A stretch of DNA of 64,000 nt from Epithemia pelagica (Eukaryota > Protista > Bacillariophyta): NCBI GenBank assembly GCA_946965045.2, contig OX337232.1:3596001-3660000 (forward strand). Direction: 5' to 3'. The notes under the pieces are model-generated. The model saw only the letters and a program-made list of their open reading frames with translations. It did not search any database and had not been told where the DNA came from. The translations under genes and the position numbers were made by a program. Positions within the stretch are counted from its first letter, which is position 1, and every line of letters begins with the position of its first letter. Positions 1 through 12,500 of this stretch are shown piece by piece.

Positions 1-810
1 TCTCTTGTGGGGAGCATGCGAATGCTCACCTCTCCTATATGCCATGCTGGCTCGCGACTGCTCGCAGATATCACAGCAGCTTGTTGGCAGTTTAGACGAT
101 GGTCGGAATCAATCGCACACATCTGCTTGCCACCGAGCAGCTGGCAGGAAGCCATGGCGCTCTTGTGTTTTTTTGGTACAGTTCAAGTTGGAAGGAAGAA
201 CGACATGCATCCATTGGGGGAGCGAACCCCTCGCCAAGGCGGCAACCAAGGCCACGCAATAATGGGGACTGTCGCTGGGCATCTCAAGTCCCATGATGGT
301 GATGGATGATGGATCATCTGGATGACCAACGGTTTCCCCCAAACCCATCTGGATCGGTTGTTGCGTCTTCTGTCAAAACGCGTTTCTCGTCTCGTTACCT
401 TGACTCGATTGCTTCGACAATGGGACAATAGCTCTCCTAGACCGAGACATACAGAGGTAGCGATAGCGTGTTGCCTCTAAGTCTCTCTGGCTAGTACTTT
501 CTGATGTTAATGTATTGAGAGGATGATAATATACTAAACCTCTTGCATCTTGCGTTTTGTACGCAAGGCTTGGAGTCCCTAATATATAGGTAGTGGTAAT
601 AATCGACCGTCCATATGGCACAATCCAATCTCTGTTCGCGTCTGTTCCGTTCTGTTAGCGTTTTGCACATTCTCATGCTGGGCACGTTCCAAGAGTAACA
701 CATCATGACAAGTGCGTGCAAATTAATATGTGTGCGTCTTTGTGTGTATTGTTCGTTTTCTTTTTTTCTGATTGATTAGGCGAGAGTATGTACAACTCCA
801 TTTCTCTCTA

Positions 811-3417
811 CTACGCGACATGGCCAGCATGGGCATCTACTTCGTCATCGTCCACGTCGTCATCTGGATCATGCATACAGAGGGCCACTGCCTCGTCTTC
901 GTCTTCTTCCTCTTGTTCATGGTGTCGTCGTTTTCTCCGTCGTCCCCAAAAGCAGGCCAAGATCAAATCACCCAAATCTCCCTGTCCGCCTTCCCATTCT
1001 CCATTGGCAGGAGGAATGGGCATGGTCCCACGATGAAATCGTTCCAAGTAGCCGCAATTTTGAAAGAGATTGGCCGCAAAGCGGGGCAACGAGTACACCT
1101 TGACGTATTGGGGATCGTTGTGAATGTCGGCATGCTGTGCGTGCGCCCAGGCACACAATCCACGCTCTTCGTCCGTACCGGGAATGGTATTGTCCATAAT
1201 CATGGAAGTAATCAGGGCAATCACCATGGGGCTACTCATCAACGCCAGGGCAATTTGACCAAAGGCCGTATCGAAAAACGGGCTTTTCTTGCTATCTTCA
1301 TCGGCCAAGGTGGTCGTAAAGTATCCGCCGGGTCCGGCAATGGACAAGCTGTAAAATATGGAAAAGCCAACAATGAACAGGTTACGGTGATTGTTCAGCG
1401 TAATGTACTGTAAATTGGACATTCCCACAGCTACTAGCACTGCCAATACAACACAAAACATGCCTCCAATAATGCCAGATGGCAGCGCTGCCATGGTGGC
1501 CGCGGCCTTGCCCAAAACACCCACCAAAATCAAAATAATGGAAGCCATTTGAACGACCACACGAGAGCCTACGCCTGTCAGGGCCATGACGCCAATATTT
1601 CCGGTCGACGACGTGGAACCTGACCCAGTGCCAAACATGCCCGTCATCATGACACCGAGACCTTCAGCCGCCAAGCCACGGCTAATAATACCGGGTGTGG
1701 GAGGAGGTGCACCGCAAATGCGTGCGCAGGAATAGTAATCTCCCACCGACTCAATCATACTCGCCATCATGGCTCCAAACATGGGAATCACGCCTGTTTC
1801 ATGGTTCCGAAAATCGAACACGTCAGATAAAAATGCAACAGAGAAGTGTCGACCTAGCTAACAGTACTTACCATACGATTCGAACCGCAATCCACCCCAC
1901 TGACCAGGATACGGGAGTCGGAAGAAGGGCATGTCTTCAATAATGTGGTTGGCGCCGTCTGTGCGACAAGCACTGCCTTCCTCCCAAACGTCATGAGCGG
2001 TGAAAATGGCACTGAGTGACCAGGTAAACCCCATGGCCACCAGTAGTGGAAAGAGGGAGATAAATAACAAGAGACTGCCTGCTGCGCCACCGGCACCGAG
2101 GGACGTGGCCGATCCTCCGGCCATGTGCTTAATGTATTGACTGCAAATGACGGCCAGTATCATCATGGTTAACCCCATGGGAAAGCAGGTCGAAACATTG
2201 GCAAAACCAACGTCGTAGTATCCCAAACCAATGGTAATAATCACCGCTGAAATGGTGATGGGAGAAATGTACTTGAGAATAGGAACAATGGCACCACTGT
2301 AACCTAGAATTGCTTGAACCATACCCGCTACCTAGGAAAATGAAACGCGCAAGAAGATGATGTGAGTGGTCAAACTGAAACACACACGGCGGCACAAGGG
2401 CAAACGTCGACTTGTGTGGCAACGTACCAAAACAGACCCCGACAAGACTTGCATGGTCTGTATAAACCGTTCTTGTGGATCGGCAATGGCTTGTAATTGG
2501 GGATGTTGAATAATGCTGAGGGTCGGTGGTAGATAGGCAAAACTTGGCACTTGAAAAATGGGTAATCGATTGCCAAAGGTGGTTTGAATCAAGGTATTTA
2601 ACCCAGTGACAACCGCAATGGTTCCAATGAGTTCCGCCGATTGATGCGAGGTTCCTCCCATGAGTGGAACAATGGTCAATGGAATAAGACCTAATCCTCC
2701 AAACAAGGTCAAGGCATTTTGAAAGCCCAACAAGATTGTGAGTGACACGGACGGAACATGGGAAATGGTATATTGAATGCCATTTTTCTTTGCCTCGGCT
2801 TCATAATCAAAATTGTGATGATGATGATCACTCCCAAATCCACTGGAACTGCTCACTGTACTGGGTCCATGCGAGGAGGGTGCCTTTTCCAAACTATTGC
2901 TACATGAGCCGCCGCCACTACTGCTATTGCTACTGCAACCCACTCGATCCGTTCCTTGGAGTAACATGGAGGGTGGCGTCAGCCGTTTGCTATTGTTGCT
3001 CCCATTGCTTCCCGACACGGTGGCTTCATCCGACAAGGATTCATCGGCCGTCAAGTCCGTCGTGGTCCGTGTGGTGGTGGCCGTACTGCTGCTTGTTGTG
3101 GTGGAACTGAGAGCCGTTCGTCCGGGTGTGGACGGATCTCGCAAGGGAATCTTGATGGTACCTTGGCCCAACATGGAAGAATTGGACAACGACGACGAAT
3201 TCTTGGGGAGCAGCCGTCCATCCATGACGACTACGGTTTTGGTCGTTGGATTGTGGGACGGAAAATGATCATTTTCATCTTCGTCATCGGCATCCAGTGA
3301 TGTATTGTAAGAGTCGGAATGACTGTGATGGCGGCGACGCCGACCGCTACCACTTCCTCCTTGATGGCGATGATACTGTTGCACCATTAAGACTTGATCT
3401 TCAAAGGAGGTGTCCAT
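811..3417 (-). CDS. Nucleobase-ascorbate transporter (NAT/NCS2, SLC23 family) paralog 1; exons 3417-2428, 2331-1872, 1793-811
   Basis: Motifs LLGFQNALT, RLPIFQVPSFAY, MIESVGDYY, AEGLG, NIGVMALTGVGSRVVVQ, DNTIPGTDEERGL. GT-AG introns at 2427-2332 and 1871-1794 join the three ORFs in frame. Confidence 0.92.
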
Positions 3418-5762
3418 CTTGCTGCAAAGATTCTCGAGTCGAGATAGGTGCTCCTTTCTCAAATAAAGATTTCGGAATGTGAATCTACCACCAGTCGGAT
3501 TCTCAGACACAAAACCCAGCAAGCTGAGCTGTTATCTTCTCTTCCTTGTTGCCGTCGCGAGAGAACTTGGTTGGTGGTGGTGATGCGTGGCGCAGAAATT
3601 AACTCGTCCTTCAGAAGTTCGGAATTCTCACCGTCTCGTTTGGTACGTGCGAAGGATGAATTCGAACCTGCGGGTTACCAACCAACCAAACAACAACACT
3701 TTCTTTTTTCTTCTTCCTTTTTGTTTGACAATCTCTTGAGTATAATATTTCCAAGGAATCGTTTCACAGAATATAGATCAAGATCTCCAACAAGCACCAC
3801 CGAGGGAAACAAACAACCGCTGTACAAAAAAGTCGTTGCTACCGAAAGGGCATCTCTCGCAAGGCTCAAAAGAAACAAGAACAACAGCAACAACACCCTG
3901 CGGATTGATGGATGGATCAGGAGCGACTTTGTTGTTGGGTGGAACGATCGCTCTTTCGGCCGGCTGTCCTCAAAGTCAAAATTCTTGAATGATCCTTCTT
4001 GGCCTCTGATTCTCTGGAAGAATGAATATAAGTGCGATTCAGCAAAGCACAAAACGTCTCTCTTGACTGGAGCGAGTTGCTTGCTTCTAATACAGGAGAA
4101 GTGGTGGCGGTGGTTGCACCTCGCTGTCTGATGGAGAGGCACACGAAGAGAAAAGAAGTCAATCTGTCAGTAGCGTGTCTCTTTTGTTGATCCAATAAAA
4201 TCGCAAAAGTGCAAAGTGGAGCTCGTTTGCTTCTGATTTGGCAACGGAAGAGTCCAAACGCGGTTGTAACGCACCCTTACTATGGTCTGGTTGGTGGCTG
4301 GTAAGTAGAATAGAGCCCTGTATTACTCCGCAAACGAAACGAGATTCCAACAACAGAAACAGATGGTGCGCGCTAATAGAACAACTCCTCCACCATTCGC
4401 AGCAGAGCGACTTGTGATCAAGTGCCGTCCACTCGTGTGTGTGTGTCCAATCAACTGCTCCTGTTGCGTTGTCGCTCTTCTTTTTGTCTCCCTCTGCTGC
4501 TGCTGCTGTCTGTGTCGTTGATCAATATGAGGATGACGACACAAGTCCAACCAGCAGATGATAAAAGAACAAGGGGGGGCCAAAGGCCTCTCCACCAATC
4601 GCACCAACCAACACAGCCAAGGAGAACAACCGATTCCGCAAACCAGAGACTGTGAGAGAAGGCGAACAGAAGAACACTCGGAAAAACGAGGTGTAAAGAT
4701 TCAAAATTTCATACTAGTACTCAAATACGCATAGTAAAATAGAAAAAAGGATCAGTTGGATTTTGTTCCTTTCCATTTTTCCCATCTTCCTCTCCTTGGG
4801 ACGGCACCAACCAGCCGTTCGGGCCACACGCCAACGCACCACATGGATGACGTACGGACGAGGGGACGGCAGCGCCATGCAACAGATGCACGTTACGGCA
4901 ACAATTGAATTCTGCTGCGACAACGACAAACACGTGGTGCAGTTGGAAGAGACTCGCACACCAAAAGTGATGGCCGCAGGGGAGTGTGTCGTGTGTCGTG
5001 TGGCGTTGTCTCATTGTGCGTTTGTGGCTTGGAGGTGCACGTCGGCTCCAAAAGTGTCACAACTCTCCTTTGGCACCTCCGGGGTCTATGTGTTGTGTCA
5101 GGCAATCGAGATGGTAGATGCGAGGATGACACATGACATGGGAATGATGTGTTGAATCTATCAACATCACCTATGCATTTTCAAAAGTGTCAGAGGATGT
5201 GTGAACGTCGACCTGGAGGGTGTCAACAAGACAAGCAACATCTCTTGCCACATTTCGGGGGGGATGACCTACGTCTATACTCACGTATCCGAATAGATTC
5301 GGCGACAATACTATGTCGAATCTAAATAGACTAGCAGAGTCACGTGGTCGATCCATTAGTGGACATGCAAGAGATCCTAACAAGCGTCAGTGGATGGAAT
5401 CCAGATTATATGATCTATTGCCTGGCTCTTTGTAATGGGACTGGAATACCATTGAGTGTTTCAAGGTGGAAGTAGTAGTCTGTTGGTATCATGGTTTTTT
5501 GTGTTAGAATATGTAGTAGCAACGGGAAGCATCATCCACCCCTATGGACAGAGAGTTCGGGGCCATGGATGTGTGTATGGAACGGAGAGTCTTTTTCTCA
5601 CTCCACAGTTGCGTTTCTCCAGGAATGGACATTCTCATTCCAGGGAACTGCCTCCATCCATTTCTATAATTTAGGTTTTCGTATTGACAAGAGTCTGGCT
5701 GTGTAGTTCCAGAACAATAGTAGTGCTTGTGTTTGTTTGTTTGTTTGTATCCTTCATCCGAA

Positions 5763-8504
5763 TTAGGCGCTATAGCCTCGTTCGTCGCGCAAATCTTGCA
5801 CGTCCGGATCCATTTCCACGGCATGATATTGCGACCCCGACGACGATCGATACGTCTTGCGGTTCGTTCGTGTCGAAGAGGACGACGGTGGTGGTGGTGC
5901 CACAAAGAGATCGGACATGTCCCCCCGACTGCCCGCCCATTGTCCATTCACGGGAGGAATGGGCATGGTCCCACGATGAAAGAATTCCAAATAGCCACAA
6001 TTTTGAAAGAGTCGGGCCCAAAAGGATGGCAACGAGTACGATTGGACATATTGCGGATCATTGTGAATGTCCGCATCCCGTGCCTTGGTCCAGGCCTTGA
6101 GGCCACGTTCTTCGTCTGTTCCTGGAATCGTGTTGTCCAAGGTGAAGGATACCAACACGGCAATGACCATGGGACTACTCAAGAGGGCCAACGCAATCCG
6201 ACCGGCTGCCGTATCGCCAAAGGGATTTTCTTCCAATGTGGAAAAGTATCCACCCGGTCCGGCAATGGACAAACAGTTAAAGACCGCGAATCCAATAATG
6301 AACAAGTTTCGGTCGTTTCGTAATGAAACATATTGCAAGTTGGACAATCCCACCGCGACCAAGACGGCCAAGACGACACAAAACATGCCACCGACAATGG
6401 CTGAGGGCAAGGCCGCCAAGGCGGCCGATACTTTTCCCATCATACCAACTGCCACAATCATAATGAGGGCTGCCATTTGTACGACCGCTCGCGAACCAAC
6501 ACCCGTCAAGGCAATGACCCCAATGTTCCCCGACGACGATGTCACACCGGACCCTGTTCCATACAGACCGGCCATCATGACACCAATGCCTTCGGCTGCC
6601 AAACCGCGACTTATTATGCCTGGTGTGGGTGGAGGAGCTCCACTGACGCGAGCACACGTGTAATAATGGCCCACCGATTCAATCATACTCGCCATGACGG
6701 CTCCCATCATGGGGACGATTCCTACATGTGTATAGAAATCAGGAGAAAGCGCCGAGTCAGAAACAATCACAATCCAATTCCATGCCAAAGCAACGGTTGA
6801 AACGACTGTCGAAACACACACGTACCGTATAGTTCAAAGCGGAATCCATGCCATTGTCCGGGGTAGGGGATTCGTAAAAAGGGCATGTGTTCAATCAAAT
6901 CGCGCGCTCCATCGGTCCGGCAGGCACTCCCTTCATCCCAGACATTGTAGGCCGTTAAAATGGCACTGAGAGATCCCGTAAAGGTCATGGCCATGAGAAT
7001 GGGCAAGAGGGACAAAAAGAAGCGAATACCACCCATACATCCACCATTGGACGTTCCGCCACTCGTGGCATCGCCACCCGTTGTGGGAGTGGACCGACCA
7101 CCCACGGGAGCCATGTGGGAATGCCGTCCCACATTGCCACTGCTGCTGGTAGTACTGTGATCGGTATGATGCTGATGTACCATGGGGGGTTGCGACGATG
7201 GTCCTTCGTGAACGGAATGTGGAAACACGTGATGGTGATGATGATGGTGATCTTGGAGAATTTCTTCATCGTCGTCGTCCACGTCGTCGTCGTCGTCATG
7301 TTCTGGATGGGTCGGCAAACTGGCGGGTTTGAAAAATTGACTGCAAATCACGGCCAAGAGCATCATGGTCAATCCCATGGGGAAACATGTGGCCACTTTG
7401 GAAAAGCCAACATCGTAATAGCCCAATCCAATGGCAATGGTAACGGAAGCAATGGTGACGGGGGAAATGTACTTGAGCATGGGCACGACGGCACCACTGT
7501 ATCCCAAGGCCATTTGCACAAAGCCAGCCACCTGTTGTATGACAGAGCATCGATGGAAAAGAACAGTCGTGAGAAACCACAGTGCGCGCACAAGTTCCGG
7601 TTCCATATCAAACATGACCGTGCTCCGACGATAGACACAACGCCAACATACGTACCATGATGGATCCGGAAATGACTTGAATGGTTTGTTTGAATCGTTC
7701 ACTGTCATCTTCAATGGCTTGTAGTTGAGTATTGTTGATGATACTAATGGTCGGTGGCAAATAGGAAAAGCTCGTGACTTGAAAAATGGGCAATCGATTG
7801 CCGAGCGTGGATTGAATCAAGGTATTCAAGCCCATGACAAAGTAAATGGTGCCAATCATTTCGGCCGCTTGGAAGGGCGTTCCGCCCATGAGAGGAACAA
7901 TGGTAAGGGGAATCAAGACCAGACCACCCAAGAGGGTCAAGGCATGTTGACAACCCAACAAAAAGGTCAAGGGGATGGGCGGAACTTCGGTAATGGGATA
8001 TTGAATGCCATGTTTGCGGGCTTCGAGGGCATAATCAATGTATTCTTCTTCATCTTCGTCGTCGTCTTCTTCGTCGTCGTCTTCCTCGACATTTTCAATC
8101 ACGGTAGGGTAATGGTGGTTGCCCTCATCGTCGCCTTGAGGATTGGAGGGGGAAACCAACGACGACGACGACGACGATGAGGATTTATGGACCAAGCGTC
8201 GTGAGGTTCCGGAAGGAGTGCGACGACTACTCGTTTGTGACTGTTGCTGCTGTTGCTGCATGGGAATCTTGACGGTCGACTTGCCCAACAAGGAGGAGGA
8301 GGAAGTAGTAGTGTGTGCAGCAGCAGCAGCATGTGGATGAGCATGACGACGATGAAAGAGAGACTCCGCAGTAGTAGTTCCTGGTTGTTGCAGTTGTGGT
8401 TGCACTTGAATTTCATTGGGATGATCGTCGTTGTAGGGTCGCCGCTGACCCACAAAGGCTTGGTGGTGGTGATCTGGATGATGATTGGGTGGCACCGACG
8501 TCAT
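5763..8504 (-). CDS. NAT/SLC23 transporter paralog 2; exons 8504-7656, 7531-6826, 6721-5763
   Basis: Same motifs (LGCQHALT, RLPIFQVTSFSY, MIESVGHYY, NIGVIALTGVGSRAVVQ, DNTIPGTDEERGL). Introns 7655-7532 and 6825-6722 sit at the same positions and phases as in paralog 1. Confidence 0.92.
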
Positions 8505-9567
8505 GATGAAATTCTAGAACAAGGGGGTTGTCGTTTGTTGTTTGTTTGTTTGTTTGTTGTTACGGTGGTTGGAACTTCCTCGACGCACTGTGCACTCTCT
8601 CTCGCGCGCGCTATCTGCCAGTGTGTCGTCGATGATGATGATGATGATGATGATAATGATACTGAAGGAATACTCTAGCCAGATCCACAACGCGCCACGA
8701 TTCGGTAGGCGGCAGTTGTTGTTCGAGAAACAATGGAGATACCACACACACACAAGACGGAAGAACGAATGGTCCGAGGCCACACCACAAACGGGAGAAT
8801 TCTTTTCTCGTTTCAACTCTCTCTCTCTCTCGGCGCAAAAGCCTCTCCACCACCACTCGTCGTCTCGTTGTGGTTTGCCTTCTTGTTGGTCTGTCGCTCT
8901 CTCGAACCCAACCCCAACAGAAAGGGCGAGCAGACACTCGAGTTCTCACGCGAATCCAAGAAGAGAGCCAAACACACCAAGAAAAAAAGCGAATGGAGAA
9001 TGGACCGACACAACAAAAGGGAAGTGCACGGACGGCAGCAGCTTGTGTGTCTGTCTGTGGCTCGTCGTGTCCTCCCCGGTTGACGGTCGGTCCTTGGCAG
9101 ATGGTGTATCTTCGGACTATTTCCACGTGTGATTCTGCGACCGATTGCTCCGCGCTCGGGCCGGCCAGCTCGGTCCGGATGATGGATGGCGCGGATGGGG
9201 ACTGCGACCACAACGCGCGCCGCCAAGTCATTCGGGCGGGGTCGAGGTGTGCAGTATAGGTGCACAGAGAGGCATACCGATCGTTTGTTAACACAACCAC
9301 CACCACAACAACAACCGCAAGGACCATCCTACCAGAACACACAACACAACAACCGTTTGTTCCTTCTTCTCTTGTGTGGAAGAAAGAGTTTCCAGTGGAT
9401 CAAGAGTCTCGAAAACGTAGAGCGTGTGCCAAACCAAGAGTCTCGTTCCTACGACAATTTATGTTTCGTGTTCCATCATCCTCATGAAGAAGCAGGGAAC
9501 AAACCTCTATCATTATTATTCTTATGATTCGAGCCAACGTCAATTGGGTTCGACATGTATTAGGGTA

Positions 9568-12500
9568 ATGACAGAACGAAGGAAACGAAAAAGAAGGATT
9601 GCACTGGCAGTACAAGGACTACCACTCCTGGTAGTATCATTCTTACTCTCATTGGTACCCCTGGCAACGTCCTGGACCACCAGCCTTCAACAACCATGGA
9701 GGACAGTATCGACCATTGAGTACAATCGAAGGATTCTACAACAACAACAGCATCCACCACATTCCGTGGCTCCTCGTCGTCCTTTCTCCATTCAAAGTGC
9801 CGTCACTACAACGCCCGAAAAGCCTCCAGTCGATCCCCACAAACAACAACAACAACAACAACAACATGAACAGCAAGCACCGAATCCGAATGGTAGTGGT
9901 GGTACCACCACGACCTTGTTGCCCACTTCTCCCTTGGAAGCAGCCGCTGCTGCTGCTGGATCGACGGCCGTGTCTGATCCGAATCAAGAAACTGACGACG
10001 AGGACAACGAGGACAATGATGATTCTCCGAGTGGCTTGCATCACTTTTTTCGATCGCGACGAAATGGTCGCGCCAAACGACGCACCATTCGCGTGCAACA
10101 GTATTGGAAAAGCAATCCCTTGTCCGAAGGTAACAAGGAGGAACAACCAGAGAAATCGGGGGTATCACCACCAGTATCCACGAGCAACCACCACCACCAC
10201 AAGGACAATCATACCATGGTGACGGAATGGACCTTGATGCAACCGCCTGGAAACGAAGGAACCACCACTGGCACGACTCCCACCACCAATCCCATGTGGT
10301 CCTCGTCGTCCTCTTGGAACGGGGCCTGTTTTGCCAGTCGGGACACCACCCACAATCCAACACCACCAAGTACAACCACTGCCAAAATTCCTCCCTTGGT
10401 CAATGCCACCTTGTTGGTCGACGATCCCGTGCCGCCCACCAGCACTCAGACCACCACCACACCACCAAGCACAACCACAACGACGGTTCCCCACCCAACC
10501 AACCACAACCACAATAACAAGGGAGAATCCGCCACCACGGACGACCCGGCCAGCACCACCACCACGGCCCAAATTCCTCCCTTGGTCAATGCCACCTTGT
10601 TGGTTGACGATCCCCTGCCACCCACCAGCACCCAAACAACGACAACACCAACAACCACAACGACGGTTCCCCATCCAACCAATCACGACCACAAGAACAA
10701 TGGCGAATCCGCCACCACGGACGACCCTGCCAGCAGCACCACCACGGCCCAAATTCCTCCCTTGGTCAATGCCACCTTGTTGGTGGATCCCCTACCCACA
10801 ACCAAAACGACGACGACGACAACAACCACAGGGGGGCACCACCACCATGACAACACCAACCGCCACAAGGAAGCAGGACCAGGACAACCACCACAACCCC
10901 AACAACAACAGTCCCAACCACCCGGAGTGACTCTCAGATCCTCGACTGTAGCATCATCCACTCCTCCTACTTTGACAAAGGAGGAGGAGGAGGAGGACCA
11001 ACCATCACCACCGTCAGCCGGAGTAGGAGGGACCTCACAAGAACAAGAACAAGAACAACAGCAACAACATTTGCCAAACCAGCAGCCAGTGGGAGAGACA
11101 CTGGAACCAGCACCACCCGAGCCAGAGTCCAAACCACTCATGACACCACCACCACGTGCTGGGCAACCACCAATGGCAGAGACCCTTTCGGAACCACCAC
11201 ACAATAAGGAACGATCACAACCATCCTTTTTCGAAGAGGCGACTCGAGTGTCGCACGAAACCAATGTACCCCCACCACACGCCAAAGAAGAAGAAGAAGA
11301 AGAAGCACGGGCGTCCTTGGCCGAGGAACCCACCACCACAACAACACCGGTCGACCTGTTGCAACAAGCCATGCAGCAAGCTCTGCAACAACAACAGCCG
11401 CAAGAGGTTCCACTCGCACAACCACCAGCACCAATCACAGCAATACCGGCAACGACGCCACCACAAGCTAGCCAGGACACTGAAAATGACAATGACGAGG
11501 ATTGGATGGTGGCCGCCAGTGAAACCTTGGCTTCGGCAGCCGCTCAAACCTGGGCGGCTGCCACGGCCGTCTTTCAGAATCACACGGCTACGGTTTGGAA
11601 TTCTTGGGCGGACCAAGTCCAAAATGCCACCACCACGACCGCATCAACAGAGCCCTCTTCCTTTCAAGGGTCATTCGTTCCACTAGCAACTCCGGCATCT
11701 CCAGACATAGTCCCACCATCCGAGGCCCCGGCACCTTTGCCGGCACCCCCATCATCTACAACAACAACACAACAACAACAAGCTCCCGATGGAGTTGTGA
11801 CAGAGCCACCCGCTCCATCGCCCCCACTCCAGGTTCCCGGTGCGGTGGAACCATCCCCTGTATTGCAACAAGAACAATCGCCCCCACTCCAGGTTCCCGG
11901 TGCGGTGGAACCGTACGCACAACAACAACCACAACCACAAGCCGAGTCCACACCGTTGCAAGTTCCAGGTCCCTTCCCACAACAGCCAGTACAACCAGCC
12001 GAGTCGTCGTCATTGCCACCACCACAACCTCCACAACAACAACAACAAGTTTCCAGTCCATTCCATCAGCAACAACAGTCACCACAACAACAACAACAAG
12101 TTCCAGGTGCTTACCATCCAATCGATGCTCCATCGGCACCCCTGCATGCTCCTCCTGCTGGTCCATTCCAGCAACCACCACCACAACAACAGGCGCAATC
12201 ACCACACCCTCCAGGTGTTGTTCCAGGTGGAGTGGCCCAGCCACCACCACCACAAGGTCCAGGTTCCTTTCAGCAATTCCAAGGTCCTCCTCCTGTGTTT
12301 CAAACACCACCACCACAGCCCCAAGTACAAGTGCCAGGTTCATTTTCGCAGTTCCAGCCGCAAGCTCCCGGTGCTTACCAACCAGCACCTCCTTCCGAGA
12401 TTTCTCCACGACAAGGAACAAGTCCATTTCCGCAATCACCACCGGTACCACCGCAAGGTCCGGTGGGTCAACCAACATATCCACAAGCGCAGTCTGTTCC

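Noticed and set aside
1-440. Possible gene fragment at the window start
   Set aside because: Short ORFs on both strands with no recognisable motif; needs the upstream window.
772-1413. Plus-strand ORFs opposite the NAT genes (also 5727-6323, 6067-6663, 7725-8180) and similar shadow ORFs elsewhere
   Set aside because: Antisense shadows of GC-rich coding sequence with no independent motifs.
5171-5383. Fragment resembling an alpha/beta hydrolase helix (NVARDVACLVDTLQVD)
   Set aside because: Short, with no flanking catalytic motifs; probably chance.
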